DNA of 64,000 nt from Zootoca vivipara (lineage: Eukaryota): contig NC_083282.1 in the NCBI RefSeq assembly GCF_963506605.1, forward strand, positions 36,580,001 through 36,644,000, read 5' to 3'. Below are positions 24,703-36,200 of the stretch, one piece after another. The translations under genes were made by a program, and so were the position numbers. Position 1 is the first letter of the stretch; each line of letters starts with the position of its first letter. The notes below the pieces were generated by a model, which worked only from the letters and a program-made list of their open reading frames with translations, was not told where the DNA came from and did no database searches.

Positions 24703-25183
24703 TAGTGCTTTTCCCCCTAAAAAATTGTTTAGAGATANNNNNNNNNNNNNNNNNNNNNNNNNNNNNNNNNNNNNNNNNNNNNNNNNNNNNNNNNNNNNNN
24801 NNNNNNNNNNNNNNNNNNNNNNNNNNNNNNNNNNNNNNNNNNNNNNNNNNNNNNNNNNNNNNNNNNTCATACCTTCTTATTTTATCTCTTGGCTCAACTG
24901 AGCCTAACAACTTCCCTCCCTCCCATCTGATGGTTTACAAAATTAAACTTTACATCTTTACATTTCACTTCGTTTCCTATCCTTGTTATATCATTACCTA
25001 AAATATTATATTGCTCAACCTGAATAGGTAGCAATTTCATCTTACAAATCTTCAGATATCCCCAAAACTACCATTTTATAGTTCAAATCAGGGGAAATAA
25101 ATACATTAAATGGACAAAAGTACAAAGATTCACAAAGTTTTAGGGGTATGCATACCCCTGCACCCTCCCCGAAAAAAGCACTG
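24703..25183. mobile_element. hAT MITE with nested L1 3' fragment, spanning the assembly gap
   Basis: tagtgctttt..aaaagcactg; TSD gcttccag at 24695-24702 and 25184-25191; 24867-25070 matches the L1 at 49850-50045. Confidence 0.7.
24738..24866. other. Assembly gap (129 N)
   Basis: Run of n. Confidence 1.
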
Positions 25184-26892
25184 GCTTCCAGGGAGGAGTA
25201 CCTGTCTCAGACTCATCCTAGCTGCTATGCAAAATGAACAGCAAGTCACAGGCAGGATAGAAAACTTGAATCAGCATCTGTTTAGGACCCTGGGGTGTTC
25301 GTATCAGCTGTTGCTAGCTGGTATCCAAACATTGCAGTTTTGCTCATTGGCTGGAAACAGGGGAGGCTTCGCTTGTTTTTCTCTCTCTCCTCTCAGGAGA
25401 GGGATCCCAGTGGCTTACTTTTTCTTTCTTAAAAGGAAGCTCAGAGTTGGCGGTCCCGTCTCCAAGACACTGGGCTCTCCTCAGAAGAGCCTGCACCCCA
25501 AGTCTTTACTCTAACCTGTCTTCTCCAGGAGGAGGAGGGCTGGTAGGTGCTATTGCTTTAGGACTGGGTCCAAAGTGATGGGCTCCTGGGAGCCTGACCT
25601 GGTTGTCGACAGGTGTTGGCCTTGGCTGTGGTGAAGAAAAGGCATTGGTTTGCTTGTAGGAATGTGGGTGATCCCAACTCAAGATCAGAGGCTAATGGAA
25701 TGCCCTGCCTTTGTTTCTATAATTAGAATATTTTGCAAGAAACATTTTGTTCTGTAATGAACTGGCAAAGAGTTTCATATGTTAAATGCACCAACACATC
25801 GGAATGAATCATTCATGCACTTTGTTCTCTGTTGGCCCCCGTCCCGACGCAGAGTTTAAATGTGCCAATAAATATAGTAAAATCAAAATTTCACATACAA
25901 CTCTTGAATGTGGCCGATGAATTTTCCATACATTTTATTCTTTTCTGAAAGCACTGTTATTAACATAGTGGGTAACAGTGTGAAAACTGAATCAGCCGTT
26001 AGAAAATAGATGCGTCAACTTGATGGTTGGTCTGCAGTTACAAGTTAAAACCACAAGAGGGTATCCTTTTGACAGTTTACTGCAACATCTTATATCAGAC
26101 AACTAGTAGCAACCAACCGATTATTTGTAGCTACCTTTCATTCCTAATCATGAATAGTGAATTTGCCAGAGTCAGGCTCCAGTCCACCATTTTAAATAGA
26201 ACAAAAACAATGTAAGATTAACCATTTACTGGAACTACCAGCTTGTCATTCAGGAGGAATGAAAGTTTTCTGGGAGATTTAGGTAGAAATAGTTTGTAAT
26301 TGTAAATATGAAATATCTTAACGAGTAAGGCAGAGATTTGGAAAGGTTTTTTTCTTTCTTGGCCTGCTATTGTCATTTTAGTGCAGAGTTCTCCAACCTT
26401 GGGTCTCTAGTTTCTGCAGGACTACAACATCCCATGGTCTAAAAATATTTGAGGCTGAATTAGCAGGTATTGCTCATTTTCACAGGGGCAGGGGCAGAAA
26501 AGGATCCAGCTCAGCAGAGATGAGTCTCCTTTCCATCCGCTCTGTTGTGTGCAGCTTTAAAAAGCCTGATTGAAAAAAAAAATTAACGCAGATGTTTCTT
26601 GGGGACATTGTGCCTGAAGTTCTTAGAGTATTGAACCAGATGAATGTTTGGCCTGAACTAATCTCATGTCTAGTGTTATTTAAAATAGTAATAATTCTGA
26701 GCGCTTTGATTTGCATTTGAAGAGAATTCTTATAAATGTTGGGATGGAAAGTTTTCAAACAAATGAAAACACAAATGAAAGATTCTATATAAGAAAGCAA
26801 ATCCCTCTCCACCCCCTTCACTGTAGGAAGAATTACTCAACCAATCTTGGTTCTTCCTCTTTATGTGCGTGATGTAAAACAATATATGTATG

Positions 26893-26905
26893 TGAACTTT
26901 GCCCT
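26893..26905 (-). promoter_or_regulatory. HNF4/DR1-like site in gene B proximal promoter
   Basis: Reverse complement AGGGCA-A-AGTTCA, about 115 bp upstream of the ATG. Confidence 0.5.
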
Positions 26906-27017
26906 CGTTTCTTACAGGAACATCAACCGAGAGGGCAGGTGTGGCTGCTCTAGCTGGATCAGAATCAAGTTTCCCTCGACACACAGCAGTCTGTTCTGAC
27001 ATAGGAAAGGTTTGAAA

Positions 27018-27212
27018 ATGCTGCTCCAGTTTCTCCTTGTCCTCTGGGAGGCCTTGTCCCTGCAGGTCGTTCTGGTGTTTCTGGCTACATTTCTACTTCT
27101 TGCTGGTTACAAGACTCGCCCAAAGGATTTCCCCCCAGGGCCCATAGCTCTTCCCTTTCTGGGCAATGTGCTCAGTTTGGATTTGAAGAAGACTCATCTT
27201 TCAGTACAAAAG
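27018..27212 (+). CDS. CYP2J: CYP2J-like B exon 1
   Basis: [14 protein letters not shown]|gtaagg, 195 nt. Confidence 0.9.
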
Positions 27213-30200
27213 GTAAGGATGAAGGAAATGATCAGTTTGATGAACACTCAGCTGGCATGAAATAAATACAAAATTGCAGTAGAAGGGGGCAGGCTGAGAT
27301 GCCCCCTGGTCTGGCATCCTGATTCTGAGAGTCGGCATCGAGATGTCTTGGAGAAGACCACAAATGGGGCATTTTCTGTTGTTTGTTAGAAGCACCTGGT
27401 ATCCAGAGGTATATTGTTTCTAAAGTAAGTCAGTTGATGTATGCTTCTATTTTGTTAGCAGGTTCCTTTCACACCCTCTGCCTTTTTCCTCTCTGGCCAA
27501 GAAGGAAGTCCACAGCTATGAGCCAAATCTCTGCTTGGGCAGCATAGCGACCAGCTGGATATCTCTCAGCTCCTCAATCCAGCGGAAAGTTTGCTTTTCT
27601 CCAATTTCACCTTAGTCACAAATATACAGAATGATCAGATGCAGCTTTGTAGCTGCATTGTGTATGTGCAGGGGACTGTATGTGTGTGAGGGGGGTATCC
27701 CTTGCCCTTGCCACAAACTCATTTCCAGATTTCTGGTCAAAATTAAGAAAAATAATACTTTATTTTTGTTTTAAAAAAGAAGATAGAATCAGAGATAACA
27801 AACCTGTGCTTTAAGAATCAGAGATAACAAACCTGTGCTTTAAGAAGCTAACTTTCCAGTGCTATTTTGTTATTTTATTTTGTTATTTATTGTTATTATT
27901 TTGTTTCCAGTGCTATGGTTCTTAGATCAGAATGCCAGAGGTGTGCTTAGTTTCAATTAGAAACTGGGCCTTTAATGCTCCAGTGCCTCGGATCAGCTCT
28001 GTGAGGTGAGCTAGGTTGAGAGTTGGGTTGGCAAACTGTTTTGGTTTGGTTCTGTATTTTGCTATAAATAGCAGGATTATAAAATATTGCAGTTAAAGCA
28101 AGGCGGCTGCTTTTCCAGCTTTTTTTTAATAAAAAAAACATGATCTGTAATTGACACATATTTTTATCTTGTATACACACACACACACATGTTACATATT
28201 TGTTTCTTGATTTTTCACATGGGAGCTCAAGGTTTTGCACATTACCCTTCTGTTCTGTCTTTTATCTTTGCAACAACTCTGTATGGTAGGCTAGACTACC
28301 ATAAAGAGCCCAGATTTCAGGAGGGCACCCCAGCCCAGGAAATCCTGTAGGCATCCCTGCTATTTCCGATGAATTTGATGGCGGTCAAAGTTTCCTCCTT
28401 CCATACAGGCATTCAATAAGCATCAAGCAGACAGATTAATACAGTCGTAGCTTGGTTGTTGAACGCCTTGTGACTCAAATGTTTTGGCTCCCAAACGCTG
28501 CAAACCTGGAATTGAGTGATCTGGTTTGTGAACGTTCTTTGGAACCTGAATGTCTGATGTGGCTTCTGCAGCTTCCGAATGAGTGCAGGAAGCTCCTGCA
28601 GCCAATCAGAAGCTGCACCTTGTTTTTTTTAACGTTTTCAGAAGTCGAACAGACTTCCGGAAAGGATTCCGTATGAGAACCAAGGTACTACTATATCAAG
28701 GATTACATACACTTTCTAACTTTCTCCCCCCCCTCTCCATTCAGCTTTCAGAAAAATATGGCAATGTCATGAGCCTTCAGTTTGGAAATGTGTGGTTTGT
28801 AGTTGTGAATGGATTGCACCTGGTGAAGGAGGTCCTTGTCCATCAGGGTGAAAACTTTGTCGATCGTCCAAATGTTCCTTTTGATGATGAAATCTTTAAG
28901 GGGCTTGGTGAGTTTCATTCAATATGGTCAACTGTTTAAACTCATAGAACCTTTTTAAGTCTGCCCTAATTGCACAAGCCCTTAGAATGTTTAGTAACAT
29001 TATATTTTCACAACTGAGGATTAGATTTTTTTTTTGTATTTCCTGTTTCATTGCACCAAATGAAAGCAGTAGCATTAATGTGTGCCAGAGAAGCATACCC
29101 TCTCAACTGTTGAGCAGTAGCATTAATGTGTGCCAGAGAAGCATACCCTCTCAACTGTTGAGATTGACTGAGCTTACTATGCATTGGGTGGCAAGTCCAG
29201 ATTTTTGCAGTTTTCTCTGCCATAATGCTTTTTTGAATATTGTATATTGTTTTAATAACATTTGCATTTCCATGCATACTTCCCTTAACAAATGACTTTT
29301 TGTGTCTTTTTTTTTAGTGGATAGCTTCATTTCAGTTCATTTATTCTTTAAAGAAGTGAGAGTTAGGTAGCATTGCATTACAAAGCAATCTAATAAAGAA
29401 TAATATATTTGAAATTTGTATTGGGAGCCTTGTAAATGGATCCACATAACCTTCCCCCCCCCCTGCTATTCTACATTCTCCCTAAGTTTGTGGCATGCTG
29501 GTGGCCTGAAAGGAGCTGAAAACCAGTTCCTTTACTAAGTTACTTCCTTAGCAGAATGGTTGATCAGGCAATCAGTGGATTTTAGATGACCATGGTACAT
29601 GCCTACTTATTTAGCCCAACTGCTGTGAATTTGTGACAAAGACATCAGAATGTCGGATTCAGCAGTTCAACCTCATACCTGCTCTGGGGTTGTACTTAGA
29701 CCCTCATCAGGCATCATGCCCCTCCTGAGATAAAGGAGAAAGTGCAGTTGGGGAATAAGCATACTATCTCCACCTCCTGTGTCCCGCCAGCCTGCCCAAA
29801 CCCACTGGCCCTCCATGGAGACCAAACTTCTGTGACAGAAAGTCAGTTGTAGTCATGTATATTCCCTCTGCATTTTATATCACTGCATGATCAGGGCTTC
29901 AAATGACACAGACAGCCTACAACAGTCTCCATTTGCCCTCCAACACAGTTTAGTCTTCAAGTAGACTTGAAGGGTTTAGTTTCTCCAAAAGCAGCTCTCA
30001 GTAGGTCCTGTGGTCACTCTCTGCCACTACCCCCTCCCTCCTAGGCACTGCCTTTTTGACAATGCCAGGAACTCTCCAACCACAAAGTCTGACCTTTAAA
30101 CTTCCATGAAATGCATCAACACTACCAGGAAATCTCCAACCACAAGATCAACATTTCAACAGTTCAACATTTCCTTAGAAGAGCAGGTATCAGCTAAGGG

Positions 30201-33200
30201 GGTCATGCTGCTGAGTCTGACTGAGAGAGAAGCAATCATAGAATCATAGAGTTGGAAGAGACCACAAGGGCCATCCAGTCCAACCCCCTGCCAAGCAGAA
30301 AACACCATCAAAGCATTCTTGACATATGGCTGTCAAGCCTCCGCTTAAAGACCTCCAAAGAAGGAGACTCCACCACACTTCTTGGCAGCAAATTCCACTG
30401 CTGAACAGCTCTTACTATCAGGAAGTTCTTCCTAATGTTTAGGTGGAAGCTTCTTTCTTGTAGTTTGAATCCATTGCTCCATGTCCGCTTCTCTGGAGCA
30501 GCAGAAAACAACCTTTCACCCTCCTCTATATGACATCCTTTTATATATTTGAACATGGCTATCATATCATCCCTTAACCTTCTCTTCTCATGGCTTACCC
30601 CTACAACTGCACTTAACTACTTGCATATGTGGTCATGAGTGGGGTCGCTGGCATGGACTGGGGCATGGAAAGAGTGCTGGGGCACCTAATGCCTCATTAA
30701 AGCTGCTGAGTTAAGCATTCCCCGTGGCTTTGACTATAAAGGATGGAGAGGGCAGTGGGAATGGAAGCAGTGTCCTTTGAGATGTCCAGGTCCATGGATG
30801 TTCCATGTATTCAAATAGCAGAAGAGCCCTACAGATGAAATATGTTGGGGTTTTTTACATGTTCTCATTCTTCCCCCCTTTTTTCTTTTTTTTGGGGGGG
30901 GGGAATATGCTGTGCTTTTTCTCTATCAGTGTTCCCAAAACCTTTCGCAGGGTGAAATAAACTTAGTATTAAAATACTATACGAACACTAAAGCAAATGA
31001 AAAGCAACAATGAAACAGCTGCAGCAGATGCGCAAAGACAACTTTGCAGTCTCTTCAGTATGATATAAGCAGGCAAGCCAGATACCTTAGGGGAGAGAGG
31101 AGTTCTCTTTTATAATTAGAAGGTCTGTTAGCTCTCCTAACTTGCTATTTGCTATTTTTTAAAGTCATTTTTTGCTATAATTCTTCCTATTCAGGATTGA
31201 TATTCTCTAATGGCCTTGGTTGGAAACAACAAAGACGGTTTGCCTTATCAACTCTCAGAAACTTTGGTTTGGGCAAAAGGTCTTTAGAAGAACGAATACA
31301 GGAGGAGAGCCGATACCTAACAGATGCAATTGAAGCTGAGAATGGTGAGGACCAGAGCCCATAAACCAGTGGCATCATCTGCGATATTAAAGCTGTCTGA
31401 ATTCGGGGGGGGGGGACTGCTTTGCAGTGGTTTTGCTCCTACCTGTATGGTCATTTCCAGAGGATGATTATTAGGGAGTGCTGTTCAGCCCCATCTGGTT
31501 CAGTTTTATTCCCCCATGATGTTTAGCATCTACATGAAATTACTGAGTGGGGTCACCCTGAGCTTTGGAGTACATTGTCAGCAATATGCTGAAGACACAT
31601 AGCTCTGCTTCTCCTTTACATCTGCAGGTGTGGCAGTGGGTGTGCTGTTTTGTTCTATTGTGCATCTCTTTTCTGCCTCTGATTAAGATGGTCCAGGCCA
31701 TACTAGTTAGCCACTTCTACCGAAATGCCCCTTCCTAACCTCCTGCCTTGGCCAAATCTTGACTGATGATCTCACAGATGAGTGTCTAGAAAGTCGTATA
31801 AAACTCCAACACTGCACCTTCATGTTTAAGATACCTTCCACCTGTAGAATATTAGCTATGTCCTCCTGTTGTGGAATAATCCCTGCCTATTAAGAAATGT
31901 AAAGAAGGCATTTGTGCTCACTTGAAAGCACAATGTGCCTAATGTCTTATACATAACTCTATCCCACAGAGTCCTTAAATTACTGGATTTAACTTTTGTA
32001 CTGAATGGTCTCCTCTGTTCAAAAATCCTACCCTAGCTATACCCAGCCACCCTCCCCACCATCTGCTCTTGTTATTTGGAAGCCATAAGCACTCTTATTT
32101 CTCTTCTACCATCTTTTTCTCCCTCCAGGGCAGCCATTTGACCCTCACTTTCAGATTAATAATGCTGTTTCAAATATCATTTGTTCTGTCACTTTTGGGA
32201 ACCGCTTTGAATACCATGACAATCATTTCCAGAAGTTATTGAAATTGCTTGATGAGACGACGCACCTTCAAGGAAGTCGGGGTCAGGTAGGTCTTCTGTC
32301 AGATCTTGTGGGTAATGAAAACAGAAACACTCTGGCCCAGACAGACTCCCACATGCTGGTTGAATGTTTATTCACGTGCTGTGGGTGTTCATGTTACAAT
32401 TTCTTTTTTCCACATTCTAGTCATCGAAACATCTCTTCCTATTCATATCCCTTTGCCATCTTGCCTCGACTTAGCATTGTCTCTTGGTTGGGATACCTTC
32501 AGTATTATAAAGCATTCATGAAAAATAAGAACCATGTGCTACAACACAATTTAGACTATTGAATTGGAAATCACATGTGTAACTGAATAAAAATCTCTGC
32601 ATAGGAAAAAGTAGCACACACTATGAGAAGGCTAAAACCTTCTCTGCTAGCTTTCCGCAGGGAGGGAATTGGTTTTTTATTCCTTGTAGGGGACATTCAA
32701 GCATTGTTCCTGAATATTTAGAGAAATAATACTACGTAGATGGTACACAAAACTAGGTTTATTAATCATTTATTGTTGTTATTTAATAAGAGGGCTTTCC
32801 ATACATATATGTGATGTTAGTGTTTGTTTCCTCAGCTGTACGATCTCTTTCCCACTCTCATGAAGCACCTGCCAGGGTCCCATCAGACTATTTTTAATAA
32901 CTGGAAGCAGCTGAGATCCTTTGTGAGAGAAATCATTGAAAAACACAAAGAAGACTGGAATCCATCTGAACCCAGAGACTTCATTGATGCGTACCTAAAT
33001 GAAATGGCCAAGGTAAGAGACGTAAAGGAAAACAAGTATATGGTTGTTTTTCTTTTTAAAAAGAATAATGATACTAGAAGAAGGCAGAGGTACAATCTAA
33101 AAGGCCAGAACTAGCTAAGTGGTTTGTGTAGGTAGCCTTTAGCGGCTGCCCATATTATTATTATTTCATATTATTTCTGCTGACTCTATGTTTCATTTGA

Positions 33201-36200
33201 CAAACAGGTGAAGTATATGTGGGGAGGGGGTGCACGCGCGCAAGTGCATACATAAATCATTTCCCCACTAAATTTCACCACTTGTCTGTGATTTGTCAAA
33301 GCAGACAGTCAACATGACCCAAAGCATTGTTGTAGAGCAGGCATCCCCAAACTGCGGCCCTCCAGATGTTTTGGCCTACAACTCCCATGATCCCTAGCTA
33401 ACAGGTCCAGTGGTTGGGGAAGATGGGAATTGTAGTCCAAAACATCTGGAGGGCCGAAGTTTGGGGGGTGCCTGTTGTAGAGGCATATCATGAGATGGCA
33501 TTTTCTCAGTTGTCTGTCTGAATAAACTCTGTAGTCCAGACCAGAACTTTGACAAGACCAAACCCATACTTTATCCTAGCTTCAATAATCTTCTGGGTTC
33601 TGGATACTCTTCAGCAGGGGTCAGCAAACTTTTTCAGCCGTGGGGGGCCGGACTATATTTTAGGGGAAAAAATTGAACTAATTCCTATGCCCCACAAATA
33701 ACCCAGATATGCTTTTTAAATAAAAGTACACATTCTACTCATGTAAAAACACCATGCAGGCCCCACAAATAACCCAGAGAGGCATTTTAAATAAAAGGAC
33801 ACATTCTACTCATGTAAAAACACACTGATTACTGAACCATCCGCGGTCCGGATTTAGAAAGCGATTGGGCTGCAACTTCAGGAATAGAGCTGAGGAATTC
33901 TATGGTGATCACTTGACAGGTGGTACTGAAACTGGGGTGGTGATGCTTTAAATGACAGGTTAACTCCCTGGTGCATTTTCTTTGCTTCAAGGGGGATGCT
34001 GCTCCCAGTTTCCATGAAGAAAACCTCCTACATTCTACACTGGATCTGTTTTTTGCTGGAACAGAAACAACTTCTACAACCCTGCGCTGGGCTTTGCTGT
34101 ACATGGCAATATATCCAGAAATTCAGGGTAAAACTGTAGTTGGCTTATTTCCCTTTCATTACTTTGGGTTGTATTCAGTTAAGTCCTACCCACAGGAAAC
34201 CCAATGTAATTAACAAACTCAGATATGTCTATACCCAGTGATTTTTTTCTGGGGGTACGGATACCCCTAAAGATTTTGTGAATCTAATGGGAGAAGAAAG
34301 TAAAAAAATAAAAGTTTAAGTTTCTTCTCCCACATAGTGAACCATCAGTTCCATCATCAGTTCCATTGAATAGCACGGTGAATCGTCAGTTCCATTGCTT
34401 CCACCGATGGCGGCCTATAAAATTGTGATTTTCTTGAGTCAAAATGAGAGTACATCTAAACATTTTTTAAGAAAAAAAGCCTACCCATCAGATGTGTAAA
34501 AAAGATAGATAAGTTATATGCTAAATAAAGCATAAACAGAAATTGCTGGAATACATATTGGGGGGGGGGGGAATTAACGAATAAATTAAGAGAGGTTTAT
34601 GCTCTGGTTCGCCAGAAGCGGCTTAGTCATGCTGGCCACATGACCCGGAAGCTGTCTGCTGCGGACAAACGTCAGCTCCCTCGGCCAGTAAAGTGAGATG
34701 AGCGCCGCAACCCCAGAGTCGTCTGCAACTGGACCTAACGGTCAGGGGTACCTTCACCTTTACCTCATGACTATCAATGAAGTGCAGTAACAGAGAAACT
34801 AAAAGATTTGTAAAAAGGAAAAGGAAAAAAGAAATAATGTATTTATATTTAAAGAAAGTCAATTACTTGTTACAGAGTGGCAGGAATTATATTTATCCTT
34901 TGGGGGAGAATAACAGTTATTAAAATGATAAAAATATTGAAAAGCCAGTTTTTATTTCAACATTTACCAATTCAATTAACCATACATGGCTGAAAGCTGA
35001 AATTATGCATGGTGAGAAAGCAACAGGAAGAGTATAAAGTTCCAGTTTTAAAATTATTGTACAGTATGTCACAAACTGAAGACAGGAATGCCTGGCGTGC
35101 TCTGGTCCATGGGGTCACAAACAGTTGGACACGACTAAACAACAACAACATGTCACAAACTGAAAGGGGGGGGAAAGGTTGTAGAACCATGTTTGAATCA
35201 TCATACTATATGCATATACCGGTATTTCTATGTTTGATATGTGGGAGATTTCACTACATGAAGCACTTGGGAAATAAAATTAGGTCTGGGTGAGAAAATG
35301 AATCTCAAGGCAATGCTGAAACTCTACCAGTGCAGCTGCTGTCTGCAACCCAAATAAAGGCGATTCCACAAATGGGACACAATTGCACAGAAGCAACTTT
35401 CCCTTGTCGCCACACAATGGGCACCCAGTGATGGGACAATGTGATGGGTCTCCACTGCAATTCTGCTGCTCTTGTATTAACGACAAATCTTCTTTTCTTT
35501 GTAGCAAGAGTCCAAGCAGAAATAGATTCTGTGATTGGCCAGTCTCGCCAGCCAGCGATGGATGACAGGGACAGCATGCCCTATACCAATGCAGTTGTTC
35601 ATGAAGTTCAAAGAATAAGCAACATTATACCTTTGAATGTGCCCCGGATGACAACTAAGGACACTACACTGGCTGGGTTTCATGTGCCCAAGGTAAATGC
35701 TAAGAAGATACAGCTTTCTTATGTGCCTTTACTCTTCTATTAAGATGCAAGAACTTGAAGCCAAAGTTCTAAATGAGGGGTAGCTGATATTGTGCTGTCA
35801 TCAGTTCCAACCAGCATGGCTAATGGGCAGGGATGATGAGAGTTGTGTCCCAGGTTGCATCACCCCCATGTCTACCTGCAGAGTGGCACCATACCATTAG
35901 GTTGCCATTGGTGGGAGAAAAACTGGTCTGTCAGTTGTAAATCTGGACCCTTCCCACTATGGTGTTCTGCTTTGCCCATCATTTCCCTCCTCTGCTGCTA
36001 TGGAATTCTAGGCTTGTTTATGCTAGCCCTGGGGCAGATGGGAGAGTATTCTTGGGATACACCATGATCATAAAAGGATAGAGGGATTTGACCTAGATAA
36101 GCTTTCGTTTTGTTGAAACTCCTCTGCAAAACTGCAAAAAATAAAAAATCACCGTCTTAGTTTTAATGGATTGCTAGTCAGCCTGAAATGTGCTAAAATC

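Noticed and set aside
24738-24866. Gap might hide an extra CYP paralog
   Set aside because: It lies inside one hAT MITE whose TIRs and 8-bp TSD (gcttccag) match on both sides and it abuts an L1 3' fragment, so a small repeat gap is more likely. A collapsed unit cannot be formally excluded.
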